Shown piece by piece: positions 38,569-49,142 of a stretch of DNA of 64,000 nt. The DNA is taken from positions 2,432,001 through 2,496,000 of the forward strand of contig CBDCTH010000012.1 of assembly GCA_965222155.1 (NCBI GenBank). Direction: 5' to 3'. The stretch comes from Gammaproteobacteria bacterium. Lineage in GTDB: Bacteria > Pseudomonadota > Gammaproteobacteria > Eutrophobiales > Eutrophobiaceae. A program made the position numbers and the translations under genes. Every line of letters begins with the position of its first letter. Position 1 is the stretch's first letter. Below the pieces are notes generated by a model. It did not search any database. It was not told where the DNA came from and saw only the letters and a list, made by a program, of their open reading frames with translations.

Positions 38569-40587
38569 TCACTTTTCATATTTGCTATAACCAGCGCGAA
38601 TCGGTTCGAGTATCTCCACCAGTTCGTCGAGATGGGTTTCGTAGTTGCGCCAGAAGTTGAGCGCCCCGGTGTAGATGGGTTGCCGCACCTGCTCCGAGCT
38701 GGCTGTTCTTACCGGACGCTCGGTTTCATAGAATTTGACACAGTTATCTTCCCAGGGCAGGCGGCAGTATTCCAGTATCCTGCGCACCTGGTTGTCAAAA
38801 TCGGTGACGACTTCCTCGTACTGGACGGTCAGAACACGGCCCGGCAGGACTTCGCGCCAGTGGTCCATCATGCGCTGGTATTGCAAGTAGTATTCACCGA
38901 TATCCGTCAAATCATAGGCAAACGTCTGGCCCCTGGCATAGTGCTGCCTGAAATTACCGACGCAGGCATCCAGGGGATGCCGGCGTGCATCGATGATCTT
39001 TGCATCAGGCAGAATCAGGTGGAGGAATCCGATGGTGGGAAAGTTGTTCGGCATCTTGTCCACAAAGAACGGTTTGCCCTCGGTGCGGTGCAGTTGCGCG
39101 TAGCGGATGTAGTCCTGGCCCAGCGCGGCAAGGTTTACCGGCGCCAACTCACGTACTGCCTCCGGGTAATTGACGCCGTCCGGCCGGTTCCTGTTGAGAG
39201 AGGTGGCGACCCGGCCCAGGTAAGGCAATTCACTGGTCCCCTCAACTTGGCTGTGACTGGCCAGCACCTGTTCTATCAGGGTAGAGCCGGAACGCGGCAG
39301 ACCCAGGATAAATATGGGCGCAGGGTCGGGATGTCCCGAACCGCTTTTTTCTTCAAGCAGTTCCCTGTCAAACACATCAATGATGGCATCGTTGATGGTT
39401 TCGGTGTGGACCGGGTCATACTGGACCAACATTCGCTGTTTGATGTTGCCCCGTTCGTAGTAATGCCAGGCACGGTTATAATCGTGCCGGTCATCGTAAG
39501 CCTTGCCCAGGGCGAACAGGAAATTGACCTCTGACTTCTCGGCGCTTGCGCCGTTGTCCTCGACCCGTTGTTCCATTTCCTGCAGTTGCTCATCACTGAA
39601 GCGATAAGTCTTGAGGTTCGCCAGACTCCAGTAGGTTTCGCCGTTATTGGGTTTTACGCTGATGCAGTCATGGTAGGCCTTGATCGCCAGTTCCAGACTA
39701 CCGATGGTCTTCAGGGCGTTGCCCAGACCGAGCAGTGCCCCGGGATGCCGGGGGGACAGTTCCAGTGTGCGTTGATACTCCTCTACCGCCTCCTGATTCA
39801 GGGCAGCCGGTGCGTAGGCGCCAGCAAGCAGGAAATGGGTCTGCGGGTTATTGGGATTAATCTCGATGGCCTTTTTGAAGTAACCGATGGCTTCTTCATA
39901 GCGATCCTGCTCCTTCAATATCCGGCCCAGGTCGATGACCGCAGTCAGGAAGTCCGGCGCAATCCCGAGGGCGCGCCGCAACAGGCGCTCTGCATCATCA
40001 TAACGTTTCAACGTTGCCGCAACCATGGCCAGCATCCTCATTGCATCGACGTTATCCGGGTTATTTTTCAATACCTGCCGGTAGAGTTTTTCCGCCTCCT
40101 CCAGGTTTCCTTCCTTATGCAGCCTGGCCGCCTGGGCCAGCAGCTTGCGCTCGGGTGACAGTGCGAAAGATGCCTCGAACGCCACATCGGCATCCTCGCC
40201 CTTGCCGGTGAGCGCCAACGCCTTGCCCAGGTTGAATTGGGCAAACTCCAGCTTCGGGTCCAGCCGCACCGCTTTTTGTAGGACCTCGACGGCCTCCTCA
40301 AACCGTTCCAGTTCAAGCAGCACGAAACCCAGGTCTTCATGGGGCTTGGCAAACGTCGGCGCCAGGCGGAGCGTCCGTTTCAATACCTGTTCCGCCTCAT
40401 CCAACCGGCGCATCTTTACCAATACCGCGCCCAGCATCCCCAGCATGTTGACGTCTTTCGGGTTGCGTTCAATGGCTTCCCTGCAAACGGCCTCGGCAGC
40501 TCTCGGGTTGCCGGCGTTGATCAGCTCCAGTGCTTCATCGAATACGGCTTTGGGGGCATAAATCTGTCGCATATAAAGCGCAATCAC
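38569..40587 (-). CDS. TPR-containing sulfotransferase
   Basis: Multiple TPRs, then PIFILGLPRSGSTL (PAPS binding), DKMPNN, TASSEQVRQPIY. Confidence 0.9.
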   Translation of the reverse strand: MIALYMRQIYAPKAVFDEALELINAGNPRAAEAVCREAIERNPKDVNMLGMLGAVLVKMRRLDEAEQVLKRTLRLAPTFAKPHEDLGFVLLELERFEEAVEVLQKAVRLDPKLEFAQFNLGKALALTGKGEDADVAFEASFALSPERKLLAQAARLHKEGNLEEAEKLYRQVLKNNPDNVDAMRMLAMVAATLKRYDDAERLLRRALGIAPDFLTAVIDLGRILKEQDRYEEAIGYFKKAIEINPNNPQTHFLLAGAYAPAALNQEAVEEYQRTLELSPRHPGALLGLGNALKTIGSLELAIKAYHDCISVKPNNGETYWSLANLKTYRFSDEQLQEMEQRVEDNGASAEKSEVNFLFALGKAYDDRHDYNRAWHYYERGNIKQRMLVQYDPVHTETINDAIIDVFDRELLEEKSGSGHPDPAPIFILGLPRSGSTLIEQVLASHSQVEGTSELPYLGRVATSLNRNRPDGVNYPEAVRELAPVNLAALGQDYIRYAQLHRTEGKPFFVDKMPNNFPTIGFLHLILPDAKIIDARRHPLDACVGNFRQHYARGQTFAYDLTDIGEYYLQYQRMMDHWREVLPGRVLTVQYEEVVTDFDNQVRRILEYCRLPWEDNCVKFYETERPVRTASSEQVRQPIYTGALNFWRNYETHLDELVEILEPIRAGYSKYEK

Positions 40588-41420
40588 GCGTTAGCCGTGA
40601 CGTTTGCATCCTCCATATCCTCGCGCCAGTCTGACATGTTCATTTCGATCGCGGCAAAACCACCAATCCAGAGCATCTCATCCCAGAAATACAGGTACAG
40701 ATCAGTCAGCGCCCAATAAACCGCAATACCCATAATCACGCTATAGGCGCCAAGCTTGAGATAATTTCCCGTGGTGATGACCGGCCCGCTTGAGACTCCC
40801 CGGTCCTGGAACCTGATAGTCGATTCAATCATTACCATGATGACAAGCCAGCAAATCGACTCAGCCAGGTCCAGCCAGGCCAGCAACCTTTCCCTGACGA
40901 GGTTGGCAAGGTCTGCAACGACCAGCCCCTTATCCAGCAGAAAATAGTCCTTGCCGATTCCCGATTGTGCACAGTTATCCGCATCCAGGTAGGTATATTG
41001 CTGGTTGCTTACAAATGAAATGCGCCCATCGGCAACCTGGCACAGGTTCGACACTTCCGGGATGGGTTCTACCTCAAAATACAATTCGTATGCTTCGACG
41101 CTGTAAGCATAGACCGTATGAAGCACAAACAGGTAGCACAGCAGGCGGAGCCCGTGGGTCAACCTGCTGACCAGGGGGGTAAATACCTCATCGGAGAGAA
41201 TATAGGTCTCCAACTCCAACAGGATAATCAGGACAAGCCAGGCGGCATAATCAATGGACGTGGCATAAACCTTCATCCACTTGATGAGCGGTTCCGCCAA
41301 TGTCATCGTATGGGTGGCGGTATTCCAATCCCTGGTCAGGTAAAGGATAAAATTTACCAGCAGAAGGGAATAAACAATCCATTTAATGGATTGCTTTACG
41401 ACCTGGAAATCAACTCGCAT
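40584..41420 (-). CDS. Hypothetical membrane protein
   Basis: About six hydrophobic segments, ELETY motif, WIGGFAAIEMN. Stop overlaps the sulfotransferase start. Confidence 0.7.
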   Translation of the reverse strand: MRVDFQVVKQSIKWIVYSLLLVNFILYLTRDWNTATHTMTLAEPLIKWMKVYATSIDYAAWLVLIILLELETYILSDEVFTPLVSRLTHGLRLLCYLFVLHTVYAYSVEAYELYFEVEPIPEVSNLCQVADGRISFVSNQQYTYLDADNCAQSGIGKDYFLLDKGLVVADLANLVRERLLAWLDLAESICWLVIMVMIESTIRFQDRGVSSGPVITTGNYLKLGAYSVIMGIAVYWALTDLYLYFWDEMLWIGGFAAIEMNMSDWREDMEDANVTANA

Positions 41421-41503
41421 CCATCACCGTAGCGGCCGGATTTTATTTCTCAATATGTACCCCATGACGTTTACCGATATTCCGGAGTCGTAACGCACGT
41501 TGC

Positions 41504-41893
41504 TCAAACCTCAGTCAATCCCAGGTATTTCACAAATGGTTTGAAGTCTTTATCCGAAAAAAGGAGAGGAATCTTTTGCTTAATACAGAAAGAAGCAATA
41601 ATCACATCAGCCGTTTTACATATGGTGATGCCTTTTTTGCGTAAGGTCCGGAAGTTTTCAGCGCTTCTGATAGCCATATCCCTGCCAAGCATCTCAAAGA
41701 TGGTCACATTATCAAACAAAGCTTTTGCCGTTCTGTAATCTCTGTCATGCCTGAAGCCTTGCAGAACTTCGGTCAGGATCAAGTTGCCCGCTGCAACAGA
41801 TTGCACCCCAAGCGTCTTGTCAAGGGTGGCTGTCTGGTGATTATCTATACCCGTGAAATAGTCTATCCAAACACCGGAGTCCACCAGGATCAT
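41504..41893 (-). CDS. vapC: VapC PIN-domain toxin
   Basis: ILVDSGVWIDYF, EVLQG, D.IIA, DKDF. Confidence 0.9.
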   Translation of the reverse strand: MILVDSGVWIDYFTGIDNHQTATLDKTLGVQSVAAGNLILTEVLQGFRHDRDYRTAKALFDNVTIFEMLGRDMAIRSAENFRTLRKKGITICKTADVIIASFCIKQKIPLLFSDKDFKPFVKYLGLTEV

Positions 41894-42084
41894 GCTGAAG
41901 TTCTCATATCATCCAGGTCCCCGGTCCATTTGAGCTGGCCGCGAAAGCGCTTAATGCCTTCCTGCTTTTTCAGCCTGACCAATGTTTTAAGGCCGAGCTC
42001 CACTACGTCTTTCTTGGTTTTCAAGCCAGTGGCTTTAAGCACGTCGTTCATCAGTTTATTATCGATTTCAATGTTGGTTCGCAT
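41890..42084 (-). CDS. vapB: VapB antitoxin (DUF2191-like)
   Basis: MRTNIEIDNKLM...GLKTKK..VELGL...W.GDLDDMR. ATG at 42084. Confidence 0.88.
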   Translation of the reverse strand: MRTNIEIDNKLMNDVLKATGLKTKKDVVELGLKTLVRLKKQEGIKRFRGQLKWTGDLDDMRTSA

Positions 42085-42198
42085 CTGTGCACCTGAAGCA
42101 ATAATCGCTAAAATGTGTATATAGTATGACAGATATACACATTGAAAGTCAAGTCCCGGCAACATGGAGGACAGGCCTTTCCCCCGGATTATTATTGC

Positions 42199-42465
42199 CT
42201 ATGCGGCAATTTCTGATTCAATATCCCAATTGGGAAATACCAATACCGCAGGATGGCACCTGAGCGCCCTGGCGAGAACCTTGGCCCGTTCAACTCCAAG
42301 GTTTATCCGGTTTCGCTCAATCGCGGAAATGGTTGACTGCGGTATACCTGTGACAGATGCAAGTTCGTTCTGGCTGAGCTCTTGCAGCTCTCTCATTATT
42401 CTGACGGAATCTCCGGGAGAAATTCGAATACGGGATTTAGCTTCTCGAAACTCTTTCATGATCAT
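42199..42465 (-). CDS. XRE-family HTH protein (orphan antitoxin-like)
   Basis: RELQELSQNELA..TGIPQSTISAIE..RINLGVERAK.LARAL. Confidence 0.82.
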   Translation of the reverse strand: MIMKEFREAKSRIRISPGDSVRIMRELQELSQNELASVTGIPQSTISAIERNRINLGVERAKVLARALRCHPAVLVFPNWDIESEIAA

Positions 42466-42625
42466 TTCCTCCTGTAATCATATCGCATTCATCACCATTA
42501 AGACGGTTTACGTAGCACTGATCGAAACTAAGCCAATCCGAAAAATCGGAAGGGACAAACCAGATTAATTATCATTAATGCTTGCACCTGGTCGAAATTT
42601 ATGACATTTTGTTACCGTTTACGTA

Positions 42626-42979
42626 ATGATAAATTCCTCTTTCGTGGATATTAATTTCCGGAACAGAAAACTTGAGAAAACTTTTAACTCGGCGGAGGTG
42701 CTCCAAAAGAAATACGGAGAACGCATGGCGAAAACACTCAAGAATCGCCTTGCCGTCTTGAGATCTGCTCGAACCTTAGAGTTGGTTCCTAATAGTCCTC
42801 CTGACAGGAGACACCAACTCCAAGGTAAACGGGATGAAGAGTACGCTGTCGATCTCATCCATCCCTACCGACTGGTTTTCAAACCGGACCACGAACCGCT
42901 CCCGCGCAAGCACGACGGCGGTATTGATACGAAACAGGTAACCTCAATCACAATCATTGAAGTGATCGACTATCATTGA
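42626..42979 (+). CDS. higB: HigB-like (RelE superfamily) toxin
   Basis: F.N.KL, KYG.RMA, R.H.L.G.R...YAVDL.HPYRLVF.P, I.I.EV.DYH. Confidence 0.82.
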   Translation: MINSSFVDINFRNRKLEKTFNSAEVLQKKYGERMAKTLKNRLAVLRSARTLELVPNSPPDRRHQLQGKRDEEYAVDLIHPYRLVFKPDHEPLPRKHDGGIDTKQVTSITIIEVIDYH

Positions 42980-42993
42980 TGGGAGAAATAGCT

Positions 42994-43678
42994 ATGGCAA
43001 CGATAACCAATCAATACAGACCAGACTATGCGGTGCCTCCGGGTGACGTCCTTAAAGAACGCATTAAAGCACAAGGTTTCTCGCAAGCCGAGTTTGCCCG
43101 GCGGTGTGGTCATTCTGCAAAACTCATCAGTGAAATCATTAACGGGAAAGCTCCTGTTAAACCTGGAATAGCGCTACAGTTTGAAAAGGTGTTGAATGTT
43201 GACGCCAGTATTTGGCTGAATATCGAGACCGATTACAGACTGTACAAAGCCCGGGAAGCTGAAGCGTGGGAAGCGGTGGAAGCAGCCAAGCAGCGGCGCC
43301 GCGTGGTGGCTGTCTCCCCGGAAGACCGTGGTACAGTTAAGCGCGCGTCACAAGACGGATGACCACCTGTGGTTCAGCCTGTTCCACGAAGCCGCGCACA
43401 TCCTCCTCCACAGCAGGAAGACCATATTCATGGACGCTACGAATAATGAGAACACGGACATTGAAGCAGAAGCAAATGATTGGGCTTCGAATATGCTTGT
43501 CCCTCGTTCGAGTTGGAAGCGATTTATCGCTGCTTCCTCGTTCAACATAGCGTCGGTCCAATCATTCGCTGAAGAACAGGGAATCGCCCCGGGCATAGTT
43601 GTGGGGATGCTCCAGCATGAGAGGTATCTTCTCTGGTCGCACCTTAATAGATTAAAGGTGCGATTAAAATGGAAGTAA
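42994..43678 (+). pseudogene. higA: HigA-HTH/ImmA-IrrE metallopeptidase antitoxin, internally deleted and frameshifted
   Basis: PDYAVPPG...SQAEFARR HTH in one frame; SGAAWWLSP..VQLS...WFSLFHEAAH (HExxH) in another frame from about 43292. Confidence 0.8.
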
Positions 43679-43795
43679 GCATTTGTTACTCGCCTATGTT
43701 TGACTTGCACAATGATCAAAGGAATGCGGAGTAAAGGAGTGCACTCTAACAAAGCCTCGTCGCCAAACCCTGGCATAGGCAAGGCAAACAGGCGC

Positions 43796-44626
43796 TCATT
43801 TGTCAGCTATCTCCCTTTCTGAAGGCTGCCGGTCCTGCCGGAGCATGATCCAGCCTGCTATGAGTACGCCGGCGCTGACGATGCTGATGATAATGGTCGC
43901 CAATGCGTTAATATCCGGCGTCACGCCGAGGCGGACTTTGGAGAATATCCACATGGGCAGGGTGCTGGCTCCCGGGCCGGATACGAAACTGGCGATCACC
44001 AGGTCATCCAAGGACAGGGTAAAAGCCAGTAACCAGCCGGACAACATGGCCGGGGCGATGATGGGCAAGGTGATATCCAGCGTAACCCGGAATGGCCGCC
44101 CGCCCAGATCCATGGCTGCCTCCTCCAGGGACTCATCCATCGACATCAATCTTGATTGCACAATCACGGCGACGTAGGCCATGGAAAAGGTGATATGGCT
44201 GATGGTAATGGTCGTGACGCCCCGTTCCCCGGGCCAGCCGATGAAATCCTGCAAGCTGACGAACAGGAGCAACAGCGACAGACCGGTAATCACTTCCGGC
44301 ATGACCAGCGGCGCGGCGATCATCCCGGTAAATAAAACCCTGCCGCGGAAGCGCCTGATACGCGCCAGGGCAAGACCGGCCAGGACGCCCAGCGCCGTTG
44401 CCACCGTGGCGCTGACGAAGGCAATCCGCAGGCTGAGCAGCGCGGCCTCGATGATCTGCCTGTTCTCCAGCAGCGCCGCATACCAGCGCAGGGAAAAGCC
44501 GCCCCATACCGAAACGATGCGGGAATCGTTGAACGAGTAAACCATGACCATGATGATCGGTATATAAAGAAACGCATAGCCGAAGCAGAGCATGGTAATC
44601 AGGAACGTGGAGCGTTGTCCGTTCAT
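43796..44626 (-). CDS. potI: Polyamine ABC transporter permease (PotI/PotC-like)
   Basis: FLYIPI...YSFN, PLVMPEVITGLS, EEAAMDLG, FTLSLDD. Confidence 0.88.
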   Translation of the reverse strand: MNGQRSTFLITMLCFGYAFLYIPIIMVMVYSFNDSRIVSVWGGFSLRWYAALLENRQIIEAALLSLRIAFVSATVATALGVLAGLALARIRRFRGRVLFTGMIAAPLVMPEVITGLSLLLLFVSLQDFIGWPGERGVTTITISHITFSMAYVAVIVQSRLMSMDESLEEAAMDLGGRPFRVTLDITLPIIAPAMLSGWLLAFTLSLDDLVIASFVSGPGASTLPMWIFSKVRLGVTPDINALATIIISIVSAGVLIAGWIMLRQDRQPSEREIADK

Positions 44627-45585
44627 GCTTCGCCCTGTGCTCCACGCGCCTGGTAATGCTGAAATACCATGATGGGCGCAACCAGGATGAGTAACAGGAT
44701 AATGGCGACTGCCGAAGACAACGGCCAGTCGCGATTGGTGAAAAATTCATCATACAGGGTTCGGCCTATCATGAGCGAGTCGAGCCCGCCCAGTAATGCA
44801 GGGATGACGAATTCTCCCAACGCCGGAATGAACACCAGCAGACTGCCGGCGATGATCCCGGGCAGGGAGAGGGGTAGGGTGATATCACGGAAGACCTGCA
44901 GTGGCCTGGCGCCGAGATCGGATGCTGCCTCGTTCAGGTTGAAATCCAGTCTCTCCAGGTTGGCGTACAGCGGCAGGATCATGAAGGGCAGGTAGGAATA
45001 GACAATTCCGAGGTAAACCGCAAAATCCGTATATAACAGCTTCAGCGGCTGCTCGATGAGGCCGATGGAGAGCAGCAGGTTGTTTATCAGGCCATTCGTG
45101 CTCAACATGCCCATCCAGGCATATACCCGCAATAGAAATGAAGTCCAGAACGGCAGGATCACCAGGAATAAGAGGATGTTGCGCCGGACCGGAGCGGCCC
45201 GGGCGATGGCGTATGCCATCGGATATCCGATGAGCAAACACAGTAAGGTGGAGATAAAGGCGACCCTGATTGATTTCAGGTAGCTGATCCAGTACAGGTC
45301 GTCCTCCAGCAGAAACCGGTAATTATCCAGCGTGATATGGAACCAGCGCCCCCCCTCTTTGCTGAAATCAAACAACGACGTAAAAGGCGGCAGGGCGACG
45401 ATGGGGTCTGCGAAACTGATCTTGAGAACGAACAGGAACGGCAGCAGAAAAAATACCGAAAGCCACAGGTAGGGCATGCCGATCACAAACCGGCGCCACA
45501 AGTTGTCCATGCCTTTTCCCGGGATCATTCGATTAGCACCACGCTGCTCTGAATATCCCAGGAAAGGTAAACGACGTCGTCCCAT
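44623..45585 (-). CDS. potH: Polyamine ABC transporter permease (PotH/PotB-like)
   Basis: LPFWTSFLLRVYAW, YLPFMILPLY, EAASDLGA, GEFVIP. Confidence 0.88.
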   Translation of the reverse strand: MGRRRLPFLGYSEQRGANRMIPGKGMDNLWRRFVIGMPYLWLSVFFLLPFLFVLKISFADPIVALPPFTSLFDFSKEGGRWFHITLDNYRFLLEDDLYWISYLKSIRVAFISTLLCLLIGYPMAYAIARAAPVRRNILLFLVILPFWTSFLLRVYAWMGMLSTNGLINNLLLSIGLIEQPLKLLYTDFAVYLGIVYSYLPFMILPLYANLERLDFNLNEAASDLGARPLQVFRDITLPLSLPGIIAGSLLVFIPALGEFVIPALLGGLDSLMIGRTLYDEFFTNRDWPLSSAVAIILLLILVAPIMVFQHYQARGAQGEA

Positions 45586-46706
45586 TCAAGAGTTCGTTCA
45601 GCTGAACGAACCCGGTTCTGGGTACTGACCTGTACGACCATTCCCGCGTCGGTCTTTATGCGGTAGATGGATAAATTACCGTAATACCCCAGGTCCCAGA
45701 CCACACCCCTGAGGGCAGCCGCGGCATCAGGTTCGGGCGGCTCCTTGGTGATCGAGATTTTTTCAGGTCTTACGGCAAGGGTTAGTGGCGCGGCCAGGCT
45801 TATTTGTTCAGCCGATCGTGCCCTGATGGCGGCATTCACTCCTTCACATTCCACCTTGACGGTCTCGCCGTCAATCCGGCTGACTGTTCCCTCGAACAGG
45901 TTGATAGTGCCGAAAAAATCAGCGACGTAGCGGTTCACCGGATATTCATAGATCTCTTTGGGCGTTCCGCATTGGATGAACCGACCTTCGTGCATGACCA
46001 CGATGCGGGTTGACAAGGTCATGGCTTCCTCCTGGTCGTGGGTCACGATGATAAATGTCACGCCAGTCTGGTCCTGGATATCCATCAACTCAAATTGAGT
46101 GTGTTCGCGTAATTTCTTGTCCAGCGCCGCCAGCGGTTCATCGAGTAGCAGGACTTTGGGGCGTTTAACCAGCGCCCGAGCCAGGGCAATGCGTTGCCGC
46201 TGTCCGCCGGATAACTGCCTGGGTTTGCGTCGGGCAAACTCCGTCAGTTGCACCAATTCGAGCATATCCGCCACCCGGGTCCGGATTTCATTTTTCGGCA
46301 TACCTTCTTTTTTCAGGCCGTAGGCAACATTTTTCTCGACGGTCAGATGGGGAAAGATGGCATAGGACTGGAACATCATGTTGACCGGACGCTGGTATGG
46401 AGGAACCTCGGTCATATCAACACCATCGATCAGGATCCTGCCCGAGGACGGTCGTTCAAATCCGGCCAGCATGCGCAGCAAGGTGGTCTTGCCACAACCG
46501 GAACCGCCCAGGATGGAAAACAATTCCCCTTTATATATATCGAGGTTTACGTTGCGGACAGCCATAAACCCGTCGAAATCTTTCGAGACGTTTTCGATTT
46601 GAATGAACGGTATCGCGTCCGGGTCCAACCAGGCCGGTTTAGACCCGGGATTAGCACTACCGACATCTCTCACCAAGTGATTGGAATTCTTAATCGGATG
46701 TTCCAT
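45525..46706 (-). CDS. potG: Polyamine ABC transporter ATPase (PotG/PotA-like)
   Basis: GGSGCGKT, RPVNMMFQSYA, LSGGQRQR, TOBE C-terminus. Confidence 0.9.
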   Translation of the reverse strand: MEHPIKNSNHLVRDVGSANPGSKPAWLDPDAIPFIQIENVSKDFDGFMAVRNVNLDIYKGELFSILGGSGCGKTTLLRMLAGFERPSSGRILIDGVDMTEVPPYQRPVNMMFQSYAIFPHLTVEKNVAYGLKKEGMPKNEIRTRVADMLELVQLTEFARRKPRQLSGGQRQRIALARALVKRPKVLLLDEPLAALDKKLREHTQFELMDIQDQTGVTFIIVTHDQEEAMTLSTRIVVMHEGRFIQCGTPKEIYEYPVNRYVADFFGTINLFEGTVSRIDGETVKVECEGVNAAIRARSAEQISLAAPLTLAVRPEKISITKEPPEPDAAAALRGVVWDLGYYGNLSIYRIKTDAGMVVQVSTQNRVRSAERTLEWDDVVYLSWDIQSSVVLIE

Positions 46707-46732
46707 TTGATTTGGGCCGCAGTTCTTTATAA

Positions 46733-46843
46733 GCCACAGAGGACACAGAGATCACAGAGTGAATCCGGGACTTTTATATACGGAAATAGCCATATATCTG
46801 GTACGCCATTCATATAATTCTTTCTCTGTGCACTCTGTGTCCT
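46733..46843. repeat. Inverted CACAGAG-unit arrays
   Basis: ccacagaggacacagagatcacagag ... ctctgtgcactctgtgtcct, same family as at 5220-5290. Confidence 0.6.
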
Positions 46844-46858
46844 CCTAAAAAGGGTTTT

Positions 46859-47965
46859 TCAGAGGCCGGATTTTATGCGCGTCCAGGTTCGGGATCGGTT
46901 TCTCTCCATCTTGGGTGAATAGACCAGGGAGAGCTCCAGGCGTTTGCGCACATCGGCGTCGGGATAGATGGCCGGGTCTCCGGTAATATCCGGATCAACC
47001 AGAACGGTAGCGGAGCGATTGGCATTGGCGTAACCGATGTAGTCGGAAGCAGGCGCAATCACTTCCGGCCGCAGGAGATAGTTCATCAGGATATAAGCGT
47101 TATCCGGATGTGGGGCGTCACTGGGAATAAACATGCTGTCAACCCAGGCGGGGATCCCTTTCTCCGGCATGACATAAGCCAGGTTGATGTCGACCCCGGC
47201 CTCCGCGGCGCGGGTGCGGGCAACGATATAGTCCCCGGACCAGCTCATGGCCACGCAGATTTCCTTATTCGGCATGTCGATCAACATTTTTGCGGAACTG
47301 AAATAACGGATATAGGGACGAATGGATTTCATCACGCGTTCCACGTCGCGCAGGTGGTGCGACTCAATGGAGTTGCCGGGATAGCCCAGGTAACTCATGA
47401 CTATGGGTAGCGTGTCAATGGGGCCGTCCAGTACGGTAATGCCGCAATCGGCAAAACGCGAGATGATCTCAGGCCTGAAAAAGAAATCGGCCGTATCCAG
47501 CGGCGCATCCGGGAAGCGTTCCCTGAGCATGTCTACATTATAGGAAATACCCGTCGTTCCCCACATATAGGGGACGCCATGGCGATTGCCCGGGTCAATA
47601 TCTGCCATAATTTGCACAATGTCCGGGTCCAGGTGTTTCCAGTTTTCAAGGCGGCTGCGATCCAGGGGTTGGTAGGCCCCGGCTTCAATAAGGCGGGCTG
47701 AATAAGAGGCAGCATGTACAACAACGTCATAACCGGTACTGCCGGTCATCAGTTTGGCATCCGCCATCTCCGTGGTGTCATAGATATCGTAATTGACCTT
47801 GATGCCGAATTCCCGTTCAAAATCAGCAAGGGTAGTCGGACCGATATAATCCGCCCAGTTGTACATATTGACAATTTTCTCTTCAGCCGACGCTACACCG
47901 GGAAACCCTGAGAACGCCAGCAGGCCGACGATCGTTCCGGTAATACCCGGGCTAAGTTTTATCAT
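46859..47965 (-). CDS. potF: Polyamine ABC transporter substrate-binding protein (PotF/SpuD-like)
   Basis: YNWADYI, GSTGYD, PYMWGTTG, WSGD, YP... Confidence 0.85.
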   Translation of the reverse strand: MIKLSPGITGTIVGLLAFSGFPGVASAEEKIVNMYNWADYIGPTTLADFEREFGIKVNYDIYDTTEMADAKLMTGSTGYDVVVHAASYSARLIEAGAYQPLDRSRLENWKHLDPDIVQIMADIDPGNRHGVPYMWGTTGISYNVDMLRERFPDAPLDTADFFFRPEIISRFADCGITVLDGPIDTLPIVMSYLGYPGNSIESHHLRDVERVMKSIRPYIRYFSSAKMLIDMPNKEICVAMSWSGDYIVARTRAAEAGVDINLAYVMPEKGIPAWVDSMFIPSDAPHPDNAYILMNYLLRPEVIAPASDYIGYANANRSATVLVDPDITGDPAIYPDADVRKRLELSLVYSPKMERNRSRTWTRIKSGL

Positions 47966-47980
47966 TGAGCCGTCACCCGA

Positions 47981-49135
47981 TTACATCGCTTCCAGGCCGC
48001 GTTTGAGCAGGCGGCCGGCTACGATCAGGCGCTGGATTTCACTGGGGCCTTCCCAGATGCGATCCACGCGCAGTTCCCGGAAGAATCTTTCCGCGGCATT
48101 CTCCCGCATGTAACCGCGCCCGCCGAATATCTGCATGGCGCGATCCGCGACCCGGTTGGCCATCTCGGAGGCATACAGCTTGGCCATGGAGCAACGGGTA
48201 TGGAGCGAGCTCAGATTTACACCCCGATCATGGGCCTGGGTCGCTTCGAAAGTCATCAATCGCGCTGCCCAGAGTTCCGTGGCGCTGTCGGCAAGCATGA
48301 ACTTGATTGCCTGTTTGTCCGCCAGCATTTCCTCGTGGATGCGCCTGTTTTTGGCGAATTCCGTTGCTTCCTCAATCAGGCGCGCAGCCGCTCCGCAACA
48401 GCGCGCTGCGATCATCATGCGCTCATGACGAAACCAGCTACGGGTATAATCCATCCCCTCTCCGGCTGCGCCGATCCGGTTCCGCGCAGGCACGAAAACG
48501 TTGTGGAAACGAAAAGTAGGATGATGCGCGGCGTAGGTATGGCTGAATCGGGGGTTGTCTGTCATTTCGATTCCGGCGCTGTCGATATCCACGAAAAATA
48601 ATGCCTGTTCCCCATCATCCAGCCGGGCCTGCAGAATAAAATAATCCGCATGGTTGGCGCTGGTTACGTACCACTTTTCACCGTTGATCAGGTAACCATC
48701 GGCGCACCGGGCAGCCACGGTCTCGATCACCTCCCAGGAGCCGGATTCGGCCTCGGTAATGGCGTAGCACTCGCCGCGGGAACCATCCACCAGGGGTAGT
48801 ATATAAGTGTTGATCTGGTCCTCGTCACAGGCCGCGAACATCCACTGCTGCGCCTCGGAAAAGCACCAGCATAAGGCATTAGTCACACGCCCCAGTTGTT
48901 CCCATACCGCAACCTGCTCGGTCATACCAAGCTCCAGCCCACCATAACGCTTGGGAACATCCATCCTGCTGAAGCCGAGTTCAACGGCTAGTTGCCTGTG
49001 GCGTGCATGAACTTCCGCAGGTATAACGCCATTGTTGAATTCCGCTTCCAGTTCCCAGGGTTGTAATTCTTGCTCGGCAAACGCACGGGCCTTTGCTTGC
49101 CATTCCAGCGTATTGCTGTCCAGTGATATTTCCAT
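47981..49135 (-). CDS. Acyl-CoA dehydrogenase family protein
   Basis: YAITE..SG, INGEKWYVT, SMAKLYASE, QIFGGRGY, IWEG.SEIQR. Confidence 0.9.
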   Translation of the reverse strand: MEISLDSNTLEWQAKARAFAEQELQPWELEAEFNNGVIPAEVHARHRQLAVELGFSRMDVPKRYGGLELGMTEQVAVWEQLGRVTNALCWCFSEAQQWMFAACDEDQINTYILPLVDGSRGECYAITEAESGSWEVIETVAARCADGYLINGEKWYVTSANHADYFILQARLDDGEQALFFVDIDSAGIEMTDNPRFSHTYAAHHPTFRFHNVFVPARNRIGAAGEGMDYTRSWFRHERMMIAARCCGAAARLIEEATEFAKNRRIHEEMLADKQAIKFMLADSATELWAARLMTFEATQAHDRGVNLSSLHTRCSMAKLYASEMANRVADRAMQIFGGRGYMRENAAERFFRELRVDRIWEGPSEIQRLIVAGRLLKRGLEAM

Positions 49136-49142
49136 TTGAAAG

